This document shows, piece by piece, positions 1 through 12,988 of a stretch of DNA of 64,000 nt (its first letter is position 1; each line of letters starts with the position of its first letter). Both the position numbers and the translations under genes were made by a program. The notes beneath the pieces are model-generated. The model worked only from the letters and a program-made list of their open reading frames with translations, did no database searches and was not told where the DNA came from. The stretch is from Camelus ferus (lineage: Eukaryota): the NCBI RefSeq assembly GCF_009834535.1, contig NC_045697.1:34784001-34848000 (forward strand), given 5' to 3'.

Positions 1-977
1 TCATCAGTTCACTAGAAGATGCAGAAACATGAGCTAAGTGAGAAAGAGCAAGGAGGACAAGCCAAAGAATGGCCCACAGCGGCCACTGAAACAAGTTTTC
101 CAACAACTGACTTGGAAGAAACAGCTTGACTGCATTTCTCATCATCTGGAACAGAATTCTCAGCAGACTTCAAAAAGTACAATGAACTGTACTTAACAGG
201 AAAATTTTCAATAAAAGCTTGTTACCATGATATTGAAGGAACTGGGGTCCAAACAACCAGGAGAAAACCGAGGCCTGACTCACACTGTGATCAACTGAGA
301 GTTGTAATAAAGGACTAGTGTCACCTAATTGCTTCAAAGAAACTTGAAATCAGAGCTACAAGATCCATCTGTAGCCTATGAGCAAGTAAAATAAGTATCT
401 CTGGGGCTACCCTAGAATGGCCCCCATGGTTTTTCTGATCCACCTAGAGTCTTATATTTTTAACACAGTATTATTTTTAGAATACCTGTTGATTCTCATG
501 GGTTACCCACATCACAGTGTTTTTTGGATCATGGCTTCTAGGGAGAGGGAAATGGAAATAAGAACATTCACCCATGGAAATCAAAGAACTGAGCACGTCA
601 ACCCCAAGAGGGAAGAAACACAACTGCAAAGTGCTACTGGGCTTACCTAGAAAACAGGCTGAGAGTTGTCATGAAGGAATTCAGCCCAGTATTGTCAAAA
701 CTTTATTTTCTCAAGAATTCAGATTCTTAAGATTCCTAACTTTTTTTGTAAAGGTAACTACTTAATTTTAACTGTGGGAGGTAAACAAATTTGCAACCAT
801 ATTCCCAACTGAAGGCCACAGGTATGCCAATGAACTTCAGTGCCTGAGAACAGCATCCAGGAGGGATCAACATGGCCACCTCATGGGAGGAGTGGGGGTT
901 AAGGCAGGACCAGCTAACAGGACTAGGCTCCCTGGGCCAGTCATCAGTAGCCAGAAAGGAGATGGATTCTTCTGGGT

Positions 978-1128
978 TGTTTTAATTGAAGTATAGTTGA
1001 TTGAAAAATATAATGTTAGTTTCAGGTGTACAGCATAGTGATTAGGATTTTTTGCAGATTATATTCCAAGATTGGTTATTACAAGATATTGGCTATAATT
1101 CCCTGTGCTATACAGTAAATCAATGCTG
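978..1128 (-). mobile_element. Short 5'-truncated L1 3'-end fragment (laurasiatherian/cetartiodactyl type)
   Basis: Diagnostic reverse 3' end: ttgaagtatagttgatt...gtttcaggtgtacagcatagtgatt...ccctgtgctatacagta. Confidence 0.8.
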
Positions 1129-1564
1129 TGTCAGAGGCTGGGTTTTTACATGTTATGACAACCTCCTCATTCTGCCCTTTCTGGTTTTTCTTGTGGCTTG
1201 AGGCTACTGCCAGGCAAGACAGTGGGCCAGGTTCTGATATAAGAGGGGGTCCACTGTTCTCTTTATTCTACTTAAGCTAAAGTAATTAGGGCACTTTTAA
1301 CCTTGTATCATCTTTATATCATCATTTATCATCTTCAAAGTGACTTAACAATTGCAATGATTTCCAATAGTATCAGTCCACATTTCTAAGCAAATAATGT
1401 AGGTTTCTGAGGCTTTTTCAGTTAGTAAAGGACCACGCTTTACCATGTTCACTGCTGTATTTCTATTCTTTTAAGTTCAAATTATAACAAATCTTTATTA
1501 TAAAGCAAAATTTATTAATGTTTCCCCTTAACCGTACTTCAGATTTTAAAATAATTCATATTTC

Positions 1565-1856
1565 TAGTCTTATCTGAAACTCTTTTGGAATCCTGAATTT
1601 CTCAGATTTAATAAATGTAATATAGCATATATACCATACATTACATAACACTCCCAGCAGGAACTGGGACACCCCTAAATAATTAAACATATTAATATTT
1701 CTGTATACACATATATGCAAAAAATTCACACTGAGTAGGATAAATAAAGACTAGAAATAGCTTCATCTAAGGTCAGGCTTTGCAACTGAAAGAGTTTTTG
1801 AAGTTTGGGTCTTCAGCACCTGGGGATTCAGGAAGGTAGGTAAAGGACGATAGTCA
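1565..1856. mobile_element. TcMar-Tigger non-autonomous element, MER46C-like
   Basis: cttatctgaaactc...cattacataacactcccagcagg...ggataaataaagactagaaatagc...ggtcaggctttgc resembles the MER46C consensus from memory. Confidence 0.55.
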
Positions 1857-2872
1857 TAAATCACATGAACCTACAGAATTCCACTGGTCACAATGACAAG
1901 CCACAGCAGAAACTAACAGAGTTGAGGACCACCAGGGAGAAGCAATGCCATTCTGTCTGAATCAGGGGAACCAAAACAGAGAGAAATCAGTGGGAGAAAT
2001 TAGTGGAAACGAAACAAAACAGAAACAAAATAAAAACAAGTAAATCCATTTCTGAGGATTCTGCTCTAGGAAAAAAGTAGAATTAAATAAAATAAAAGCA
2101 AACATCAAGATCGCCAACAATCCACTGTAACCAGCTAGACACTGGTATGTGGTCAACAAGGGAACCCAGTCTCTCCAGCCATTCCCTGGAATCCAGGAAT
2201 ATTTTTAAAAGGGAGGCACATGGCTAGACCCATAGTCCCAGATGTCACATTCGCAAGATGTCAGGAGGAAAAGGTGGGCCAGGCACCACTATACATTCAT
2301 GCATGTACCTCATCTAGTGGTAAACCAGAGACTACAACAACTGCAAAGCCTGGAGCTGGCTGACAATGTTCCCCCCACGCCAAGCCACATGCTCACTGAC
2401 CAGGTCCTTAGTGAACCACTTCTCCCTGCTCCCGTCAAAGGAACTTTGCAGTACTGCTCATCACAAAAACACTGAATAGTTCTGCTGTCGGTGAACTTCA
2501 GTAATGGCTTGGGTCCACCAAATCACTAACCAGTTTTAAGTAACTTTCACTTAGTAATGAAGAAATATTAATATAAAGTGATGAACACAGATGCAGTTTA
2601 TATGTGCTGAAGAAGACTCTGATGCATAATATGGTAGCTTATAGGAAAGAGCCAGGTACGCAGTATACTTAATGAATTCCACAACGATCCAAAACTGATG
2701 TAGGAATTTGTTTTCTCCAACAGGTTAATTCAGTAGGCTGATATAAAATGTACACTTATGTATACTAAACCCATAACTCTTTCAAATCCAAATGATAACA
2801 AATCATTACCTTAGCTTTACTAACTTAAAGCTTATTCCATAACATTTAGGGGTGTGGGGAACAACAGTATTA

Positions 2873-3106
<234 letters not shown>

Positions 3107-3581
3107 CTAAAGTGAGAAAATAAACAGTTGTAATAAAATGTGACATGTAAATTATCCAAGGATAATGTCATTCCAAATTAACAAAATAGACTTTACTCTG
3201 AGCATAGCTGGAGCTGATGACTGTTAGGTTACTCTATGCACCCGAACTGAAAATGCCCAGGGCACAAGAGTTCAGCCTCCTCTTCTCCCTCAGCCCCATC
3301 CTGTTCCTCCAACTCCCAGCATTTCACAAGAATCTAATGAAGGTTTGCCGTGATGATGACTCACTCCTCTGTACCTCCCGGCCATCCCTTAGCTTGGTGG
3401 CACACTCTTCTGCACTTGATTGCAGGGAAACAATTATCTCAGATGGAAAAGTGCATCACCTGCACGGCTGGTTTAGGCTGATATTTAAATTGCCTCAGGT
3501 TCCTGGATGAGTACATAGTACAAAATGAATTACCACAGTGGTGGACAGGATTCAATCTCCAGCTCTAATAATGATGTAATC

Positions 3582-3803
3582 TTTTTTTTTCCTTATTGAA
3601 GTATAGTTGATTTACAATGTTGTGTTAGTTTCTGGTGTACAACACCGTGACTCAGTTATACATATATATTTTTTTTTTTCATTATAGGTTATTATAGGTT
3701 TTTCATTATAGGTTATTACAAGAATATAGTTCCCTGTGCTATACAGTAGGACCTTGTTGTTTATTTTATATATAGCAGTTTGTATCTGTTAATCTCAAAC
3801 TCC
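3582..3803 (-). mobile_element. Short L1 3'-end fragment with internal tandem duplication
   Basis: Poly-T, then ttgaagtatagttgatttacaatgttgtgttagtttctggtgtaca; tttttcattataggttatta occurs twice at ~3674-3718. Confidence 0.8.
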
Positions 3804-4459
3804 TGTAATATCACTTACACATAGAACCTAAAAAAAAGATAAAAAGATCAAGCATCCTAGTCACCAGAGCCACGGGGATGTTCTCTGATTTCTACACTAC
3901 AGTTCTCTTCCCTGCAGCCCGTCTCAACCACAAGAGAAAAGGAAGCCCACCCAGCCACAGCTAACCCTCCTCAGCTCATCTAGGAAACCCACCTCACACA
4001 GTAGCCCCTCAGCTAACCCCGTACCTCCCTGCCTACTAAGGGCAGAGCTCATCTGCATAAGGTCCTCAGCCCTATATCTGGAGCCCGCACAACCAGACTA
4101 TCCACACCTACACTAATAAGCCATCTAAATTCAACGACATTTAACTCTCTGAAAATCAGAGATACTCAGCAACGATCCAAAGATTCTTACTTGAGACACG
4201 TTGAATGGACAACAGCCCTTTCTTCCCTTCCCTCCACCACACCCTTACAAGAAGTCACTGCATATCAAACCAGAGAGGCAACAGGAGTCATGCGAAGAGC
4301 ATAAGCGGTTATCAGAGAGCAGAGCCAGGAACTTGACCCTCAGTTTGCCAGTGAGGAATTCCACCATCTTCACACCCGACATGACATCTCAGAAGCACCC
4401 CTACAATTCCCTGTTACCAGTCTGTCGTCAACCAGTCAGGCCCTCCAATTTCTGCAAAG

Positions 4460-4612
4460 TTACTTTACAACAGCTTAACCTCTGAACGTCAGTTTTCTTC
4501 ATTCACAAAATATGGAAGTAAATACCGCAAGGTTACTAGTGAGGTTTAATGAGATGTGGGAGAGAACTCACTTACAATGAAAACACTATACAAATGTTTA
4601 TTGCTGTTATTT
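4460..4612. mobile_element. MIR SINE fragment
   Basis: MIR core-like cttaacctctgaacgtcagttttcttcattcacaaaatatgg...gtgaggtttaatgagat. Confidence 0.65.
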
Positions 4613-4619
4613 CCTAATT

Positions 4620-5185
4620 GCAATGCTCTCTTCCTAGCTCAAAGCATCATAATCTGGGTCATGACAGTAGCTTTCCAACTGGTCTTCCTTTCACCCCTGG
4701 CTCCTGCCTCACTTTATTCAAACTACATACCCCTTATTCCCATTGGATCAACCTTCAAAGATACCATTTTTATCCTGCCACTGCATTCACTAGAAATCCT
4801 CAGTGCCTCCCCAAAGCCTCCTCACCACATGCAGAATGAAGTCAAAACTCCTTAGACAAAACACTGGAGAATGTCCACAATCTGGCTGTAACCTAACATC
4901 CAATCTTTACTTCCACTGTTCCCCAGACACTCCACACCCTAGTCAAAATAATCAGCATCCATTCCCTGTCCTAGAAAATCCCCTCTCTCCACCTGTGAAA
5001 ACTCTACTAGCTCAAAAGTCACCTCTCTGATGAAGCCTTTCTGGATGGTTCCAATTAATTAAAAACTATCCAGTTTCTGTGCCCGTGATTTCTGAATCAC
5101 CATCACAGAGCTCACCATCATCTTCCATGCTCTGTAGCAACTGATGTACACATTCTAACTTCTCACCTAGATTTTAAGCTCCTAA
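4620..5185 (+). mobile_element. L2 LINE 3' fragment (degenerate)
   Basis: C/T-rich L2-like motifs (gtcaaaactccttag, gtcacctctctgatgaagccttctgg, ctagattttaagctcct). Confidence 0.55.
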
Positions 5186-5189
5186 AGGA

Positions 5190-5340
5190 ATCGTTTTTAA
5201 CCTTAACATTAGAATCACGTAGGGAGAGTTTTTTTAGAATGCAGATGCCCAGAACCCACGCCCAGATACTTTGAATTAGTCTGGGGTGAGTCCCAGGGCA
5301 GCAGGATTTAATGTGCTGGTAGGTTTGCGAGCCCCAATCT
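5190..5340. mobile_element. hAT-Charlie MER5-like MITE
   Basis: cattagaatcacgtagggagag...aatgcagatgcccagaacccacgcccaga...ctggggtgagtcccagg. Confidence 0.6.
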
Positions 5341-6881
5341 TAAGCGAAGAGATTGGGCGCTTACGCTAAGTCTTTACACCACACTTGGTGTCTAGAGCAG
5401 CCTCTCAATAAGCAGCTGGATAACAGACCCAACTGACCTATTCTCCTAAGCGGAGAAGTCAGAGAAAAGCTCTTGTTGCTTGGCATCTATGTTGGTCATC
5501 TTTATTTTAAATTAAAATTTTGACACTCTATCTTTTTGTTCCTGAAAAACTGTTGATGTGTAAATATGACTTATTTGGAAATCTTCTTCTCAACTTTGTG
5601 CAACATATTTTCAATGTAGGGTAAAGATGACAACTTTCAAGAGTGGTGTATAAGGGAAAAGCAAGCTACACTCCGGAAGAACAGGCCACATGCAAATATG
5701 GAATTCCCAGCCCAACAAGCAATACCATAGTTATAAAACAAAAGGCAGACGTTGGAAAGCCCAGGAGGATAAGTGGGGCATGGCTCATCCGCAGGACTAG
5801 AAGCAAAAGGTTTCAACATCAGGACGGGGGAAGTATTTCATGTAGAATGTGTAGGGAAGAAAAAAAAACCTTACCGTTTTTGTATAAGAGATTAATAGTC
5901 TTATATAGAATCATACCATTTGAGTCAAAAGGAATCTTAGCCATCACTTAAATCTGTGACCATCCCCTTACAAATTAAGGAGCTGAGGTTTAGAAAGTTT
6001 AATGAGTTGCTCAAAGGCACACAAACCCAGACTAGAAGTCTCCTGGTCCCAGGAGAAGGGCCCCCTCCAGCTCCAGCATTCTGTACCATACAATTAAAAG
6101 TTTGTTGTTGTTTTAATAACCCGTTGGTCAAAGAACACTATTAAAGGTCACATAAATGAAGGAAAATTCTCCTCATGTAGATTTCCAGTTAAAGACAGAG
6201 GGCTGAGAGTACACTTTAGCCTAGGCTCCCTCCTGAAACCCCATTAAATCAGTTCTGCTGTTGTCACAAAGGAATTAACTATCAAAGAAACAGAAAACAG
6301 GACAGGAGATAAGAAAATTTTAGAAACTGGAAGGAAATAAACATGCTGGGGAGAAGCCTGGAAACAACCAATGGTATGTCTAATAGTGGCGAAGGACTTA
6401 AAGCAAAAGAATTGTTTGTGGGTCTACTTAAAAAAGAGAATCCTCAAACCCCCAACTCATTGGTTGACCTATTGAACCTAGATAAGAGAAGACTCAAGAG
6501 TCAAAAGGCAAAAGTTACAGAGGCTAGCTGACTTATCTCATCTCTCCCAGGAATGCAGTCCCCACCCAGCCCACTGACACATGGTGGGTGACTGTGATGC
6601 TGGACTGGGCGGGGCAAGTCAACCTGTAGCAGACTCAGCAGTGCTGCACTGAGAATAGTTGTTTCTTACTGTCCATATAATACAGGTACAAAGACTGATT
6701 TAACACATACTCTTTAAGACAGGCTTGGGTTTCACGCTGAAGGTCTCCACTGTGATCTTTGGCTGTGATTGGGTTGGAGTGCCTCCTGACTGCTAAAAAG
6801 GAAAATGGGAGGGAGTGGGAGGAGAGAAAAATAACAACGGATGGAGAAAAAAGTTTTGAGAAAAGAAACCACGTGCAATAC

Positions 6882-7457
6882 TGTCACCCAAAAACTGGGT
6901 TCGCCTCATGGTGGCTGTCGAGCCAAAAAGACACAACCAAACCAAAGCACAGGAGAAGGAAGGATTTATTACTTGCAGCAAGTAAGGAGAACACCGGGGA
7001 TATTTCCCACAGCAGTATCTCCCCTAAGCAGCAAATTTGGGGCTGGAGCAAGAATTCAGCATAGCATTGAGGCAAAAGTTGATGGAGTCTGGGACCTAGT
7101 TGATTGAAGTCAGGAGGGTCAGCAAAGGTCAACATTATCATTCCAGCTGATCTGGTGGCTGAGTGCTCAAGGCGGGGTTGAACTCTGCAGAACAGCTCAA
7201 GAATGTGCTTCAGGCTCATCTTTACATCGGAAACATAACTGGGAGTCTTTACAACTGATAATATGGCTAAGTTATCTCCCTGGCCTGGTAATAGCTGTTT
7301 TTATCTTCTTTCACTCCCTTAAAATTATTAACTACTGAGACCTATTCTGCAAGAGCAGGCTGAGATCACAAAATGGCTTAGGCCTAAAATGGCTTCTCCT
7401 TGGTTAAGAAAGTTATGTCTAGTTCTCCTCTAGGGACCCCGACCCTATCTGCTTACA
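6882..7457 (-). mobile_element. Solo ERV LTR (ERV1-like), 576 bp
   Basis: TG...CA termini (tgtcacccaaaa...ctgcttaca); 4-bp flanks atac/atat (one mismatch); AATAAA on the minus strand at 6965-6970. Confidence 0.75.
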
Positions 7458-7599
7458 ATATCTCAAAGCATCAACAAATATATTAACTATACAGGAGATT
7501 CATAGTTAAGTGATTCTAGACAGAAACAAAAGATGTCATAACATAAAAATTGCTCATTAGTCAACTGCCTACATAGGCCCCAATTAAATATTCCTTCCA

Positions 7600-8650
7600 C
7601 ATTACTACGTTCTGCTTCTTTGCTGGTCATTCTCTCTGACTGAATGAAGGAATCAAACAGTCAACAATATCAAATATTTAGAAGATGAAAGTTTTCAAGA
7701 AGTCGAAAATGGGAGTAATGTTGGAGAAATACTCTGATCACACTCAATGTCACAGGCAAATGAGGACCTTGAAGTTAGTTAGCTAGTAAAAATAAAGTAA
7801 AATAACACAGTAACAAGTGTCGAAGATGATTTACACTTAAAATACTAAAATGCACGGTGGCAGACTTCTTTTTGCTCCCTTCCCCACTGGTAACCCCCTG
7901 TCCTCATCCACTCTCCCCTTCTTCCTGGCCATATGGGCTGGAGATGGTATTTCCCAGCCTTCTTTGCAGTTAGAGGTGGCCATCTAAGTTAAAGCCAAAG
8001 GGATGTGTGCAGCCAGGGATATGAGGGTCACCTCTAACTTAAAGACAAGCTACTTTCCCTGGATTTTTAGGGCATTTTCCACCTCCCCACCAGCTGGAAA
8101 GTGCACATGGCAGACTCAACTTTCCTTATGCATTGAAGACATCACTGTAGGGAGTAGAGGAGGGAACAAGATGGAACCTAGCCCTTAAACGACTTCATGG
8201 AGCAGAGTTTCCCCCTAGTCTAGACTTGCTCACCTACTTTGTGATAGATAAACACACTTTTATCTTATTTTAGAAATGACGTATGGTGGTTTCTTTGTTA
8301 TAGTGACTTAACTTTTATTCTACCTCATGATACACCCCTGCAAAAATTGATAAAGCTTTCTAATGCTTTTGAAAAACATGGCCCTCTTAAATCTGTGCTG
8401 ACAAATCCAAATGTAAAGTGAAGGAAGACAAAACTTTTTATCATGCATTTTCATCAGAAAATTCTCAAGAAAACTAACATTTGACTCCCTTTTTGTTCTA
8501 AGAGTTAACAATTATAATCTAAATGGTGCCATATATGAGATAAAATAAACATGTTTTCACTTTATTTTTCAAGATAATGTATGAATCATAAGGCCTTTTT
8601 TCTCCCTTTTTTACTAGTCACTATGAAATGTAAGTGGATTCACTTTAAAT
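7600..8650 (+). mobile_element. Ancient Tigger-like transposon relic interrupted by a MaLR (MLT1-like) LTR at ~7850-8310
   Basis: gttggagaaatactctgatcacactca...aaatgaggacctt resembles the decayed Tigger transposase C-terminal 'ELL.SH...LTNEDL' motif; the MLT1-like part has tatttcccagccttctttgcagttagaggtggccat. Confidence 0.45.
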
Positions 8651-9084
8651 GACAATATTCTGGCACTAATCCTCTTCCTGTGAGAGAATTTCTGATACAC
8701 AACAAATATTTTTCTTTCTGCTTCTTGTTAATTCAGAAAGAAACAATAACCAGTGAAAACTAGGCATGAATAACAAGTTTCTAAGTAGGTACTGTGATTT
8801 TCAGCAACTTTCACTAGGAGAAAACATAAAATTTGGAAATTATACATAAAGTAATCTAATACCAATATATTTCTTGACTACATTAATCTAAATTGTTTTT
8901 AACATAAAACATTCATCTATGTCAACAAATTATTCTCCTATTATTTTCAAAATAGGAATAAAGAATCCAAGTCATTATTGTGTTCAGTTTTTTTACAGAA
9001 TGAGCGAACTTCTTTAACAAAGAATTTCAAGAACAAAAACAGTGAGATTGAGGAGGAAAACTCTTAAGAGATATCCCAGCCAGC

Positions 9085-9425
9085 TAAAATGTGAGACAAC
9101 TGTGGTAACCTGAACACTAACTGCATATTGGTGACATTTAGGTTTGTGGTAAGGTTTATTTGATGATATCAAAATAGTGTTAGGTTGTTTTGGAGTTTTT
9201 TGGTATGGTGATGCTCTTGCGACTGTATTTTTTTAAAAGTTATTATCTTTTAGAGATACATACTGAAAAATTTATGGATAAAATATCTGTGGTTTGCTTC
9301 ATAATCAAAATAAAATTGCTCATGAGTTGACAACTATTGAAGCTAAGTGAGGCACACAGGGGTTCATTACACTTTCTTATTTTTGTTTGTCTTTGAAGTT
9401 TTCCATAACAAAAAGTTTTAAAAAT
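9085..9425 (+). mobile_element. Old L1 (L1MC/L1ME-like) 3' UTR fragment
   Basis: tatcttttagagatacatactgaaaaatttatggataaaat...ggttcattac...ttccataacaaaaagtttta. Confidence 0.6.
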
Positions 9426-10257
9426 ATGTTTAAGGGAATAACATGGTTTTCTACATCCCTGTCATCCAACATTTTGGAACTGGTAAGAAAGAGAAGAAAA
9501 AGATGGGAGGAAGAAGAGAGGGAGAGAAGGGGGGAAAAAAGAACAAGGCAGACAAATCTAAGCAGAAAAAGGGTGTGGGCTCTGCTTCCTTAAGTATATT
9601 ACTACCACACGATCCAATTCATTATGAAAGCTCTTCCAATGATTTCTTGAGTCAGCAGAGCTTCATGATAACATGATGTGATCCCATTTCTTCCCCTACA
9701 GGAATATGTGGTTTCCAGCACCGAAAATAAAACCACAGTCTATGCAACATTTGTCCTTGTTATAATTCCTCTTTTCTCCCCTCTCTTTCCTTTCCTTTCT
9801 CCCCGGATCAAATTCCATGAAAGCAGAAGTTAGCTTTTCAAGGCTGCAGCATGGTGAAAAAAAAATTCTGTACAGATTGACTAAGTGCCAAAGCACAGCG
9901 GTCAGTCAGGTAAAGCGAGCAGACCCTAACTGCTGCCTTCTTATAAAAATCATTTGAAAGCCCCCCAAAGGTAAGCATTGCAAGTGAAACCAGAGAACAC
10001 TGAAACAAGTAGGCAAATATGACCAGAGAATTATTTACCCTTCCTTCTGAAGCTTGTGAATGAAGAAATTCCAAAATTGAAATGTCAGCTGTTATATACC
10101 TGATCTCTAAGAGGAAAAAAGTAGACTGATAAAAATACTAATTCCAGAGAAAACATTCTCACACGTCACTTTTAACAAGTAGAAGTTGCAAACTACATTC
10201 AAAAAGTATCATGGATATAAGCCATGATCTAATTACTGTTTGGAAAATGTCCAGTGA

Positions 10258-12355
10258 CTTTTTTTTAATGGAATGATAATTAGCAGACAGTATTATATTA
10301 ACTCCAAGTGTACAACACAGTGATTCACTATTTTCTTTACTTACATAAACTTTTAAAACTTTAATTAATGGAAATAAAACATTTCTTAAGAGGTACCCCT
10401 CTGAATATATGCAAGCCATCTTTTGTTAGCTTCTTTAAAATAAAATTTATCCATGCCAGGCAATTAAAATATTAAAACAAGTGACAATATGTTTCTGATA
10501 AAAATAAATCAATTTATGTCAACATGGTCATTACTTGTACTTAGTATCTGAGTTACAAAGTCATTCAAATTTCAAATAATATTAATCATGTAAAATGTTT
10601 TTGATTCACTATTTTTACGTATTATGAAACGATCACCACAAAAGTTACTGTCAGCATACAAAGTTATTACAGTATCATTGACTATATTCCCTATGCTGTG
10701 TATTGCTTCCTGGTGTCTTATTTGTTTCATAGCTGAAAATTTGACCCTCTTAATCCCCTTCACCTATTTCATCCACCCTCTCACTCCCCTCTCCTCTGGC
10801 AATCACCAGTTTATTCTCTGAATCTGTGTGTCCGTTTCTGTTTTGTTTTGGTTTGTTTGTTTTGCTTTTTAGATTCCACATATAAGTGAAATCATATAGT
10901 ATTTGTTTTTCCGTGTCTGATTTATTTCACTTAGCATAATACTTTCCAGGTCCATCTATATTGCTGCAAATGGCAAGATTTCACTCTTTTTATGGCAAAG
11001 TAGTATTCCAAGTACATGCATATGTGTGTGTGTGTGTATACCACATCCTCTTTATTCATTCATTAATCAGTGGACACTTAGATTGCTTGCATACCTTGGG
11101 TACTGTAAATAGTGCTGCAATGAACATAGAAATATGTATATCTTTTCCCACAGTGGCTGCACCAATTTACATTCCCACCAATCACACACAAGGTTTCCTT
11201 TTCTCCACATCCTCAACATTTGTTGTTTCTTGCCTTTTTGATGATAGCCGTTCCAACAAATGTGAGGTGGTATCTCATTATTGTTTTAATAAGCATTTCC
11301 CTGATGATTAGTGGTACTGACCATCTTCTCATGTGCCTGTTGGCCATCTGTATGTCTTCTTCAGAAAAACATCTATTCAGGGCCTCTGCCCATTTTTCAG
11401 TCAGGCTGTTTTTACATTGAACTGTATGAATTCTTTATGTATTTTGGATATTAACCCCTTACTAAATACATGGTTTGCAAATTTCTCCCATTTAGTGGGT
11501 TGTCTTTTTGTTTTGTTGGTGGTTTCCTTTGCTGTGCAAAAGCTTAGTTTGATGTAGTCCCATTTGTTTGTGTTTGCTTTGGCTGCCCTAGCCTGAGGAG
11601 ATATAACCAAAAAATACTGCTAAGACAGAGGTCAAAGAGATCACTGCCTATATGTTCTAGGAGTTTCATGGTTTCAGGTCTTATGTTCAAGTTTTTGACT
11701 CATTTTGAGTTTATTTTTTAATATGGCATAAGAAAAGTAATATATATAAATCTGTTGTATTTCTATATACTAATAACAAACTATCAGAAAGAGAAATGAA
11801 GAAACAATCCCTTTTACAACTAAATTTAGCCAATGAGAAGAAAGATCTGTACTGTGAAAACTATAAGACACCAAGGAAAGAAACTGAAGACAACACAAAT
11901 AAATGGAAAAATATACCATGCTCATGGATTCAATATCATTAAAACTTCCATACTACCCAAAGCAACCGACAGAGTCAATGCAATCTCTATCAAAATACCA
12001 ATGGCATTTTTCACACAAATAGAACAAATAATCCAAAATGTGTATGGAATCACAAATGACCCCAAAAAGTCAAAGAAATTTTAAGAAAGAACAAAACCAG
12101 AGGTATCACACTCCTTAGTTTCAAACTATACTATAGACCTATGGTAACCAAAACTGTATGGCACTGGCACAAAAACAGGCACAATGGCACAGAATAAAGA
12201 GCCCCCAAATAAAGCGATACTCATATGGTCAATTAACCTACAACAAAGAAGGCAAGAACATACAGTGACAGAAAAGATGGTCTCTTCAATAAATGGTGTT
12301 GGAAAAGCTGGACAGCTACATGCAAAAGAATGAAACTGGATCTTTTTCATACACC
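10258..12355 (-). mobile_element. 5'-truncated L1 with 5' inversion: 3' portion on minus (10258-~11738), inverted ORF2 segment on plus (~11740-12355)
   Basis: Minus ORF 11401-11610 (NKWDYIKLSFCTAKETTNKTKRQPTKWEK) is the ORF2 C-terminal region. Plus ORF 11833-12084 (ILPKA..R.NAISIKIPMAFFT.IEQ.I) and a KWCW motif at ~12292 belong to the ORF2 region just upstream of it. Confidence 0.88.
10335..10601 (-). other. 267-bp non-repeat insertion inside the L1 3' UTR, probable retroposed mRNA 3' end
   Basis: Perfect 14-bp TSD tgattcactatttt at 10321-10334 and 10602-10615; minus-strand ATTAAA at 10360-10365 upstream of a degenerate A-tail. Confidence 0.65.
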
Positions 12356-12469
12356 CTACCTCTAATGAAGTAAATTGATAATGTACTTTCCTGTTCTTTG
12401 CTTTACCCATCACTGGGTCACCATCTGGACCATTTATGATATATAATGCTGCTTTTTTAAAAAAAATAG

Positions 12470-12988
12470 AAGGAAATTCACTGATACTTCTCCCGTTGAA
12501 TCTGAGTGGCCTTATGACTCCTTCAATTAATATAGTACAGCAGAAGGGTTACTACATAATCTCTGAGGCTAGGCCAGAAAAGGCCAAGTTGCTCCTACCT
12601 GGTTCTTGTGGACTTCTCATTCTTTGGACAGTCCCTCTTGGAACCTTAACATCATACTGAGAGAGGCTTTCACTGAATTGAGAAGCCACATATAGGTATT
12701 CTAGTGCAGAACTCTGTTGAGTCCAGCCTTCAAATCATCCCAGTCCAGGAGCCAGACATATGAGTGAGGAAATTCTCAGATGAATCCAGCCTGAGTTGTC
12801 CAAGTTGTCCAACACTTCCAGCTACCAAGTGTTCCAAGATAAGAGCATGGATACCATGGAAGAGATGTTCCCACTGTGTGCTATCAAATTCTTAGCTTAC
12901 ACGATCAATGAGTGTGATAAAATGGTTGTTATTGTGTGCCTGTATGTTTAAGGTGGTTTGTTATACAGCGATAGATAACTGGAACATA
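12470..12988 (+). mobile_element. MaLR LTR (MLT1F/G/H-like)
   Basis: ccagacatatgagtgaggaa...cagatgaatccagcc; terminal ggtggtttgttatacagcgatagataactggaaca. Confidence 0.7.
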
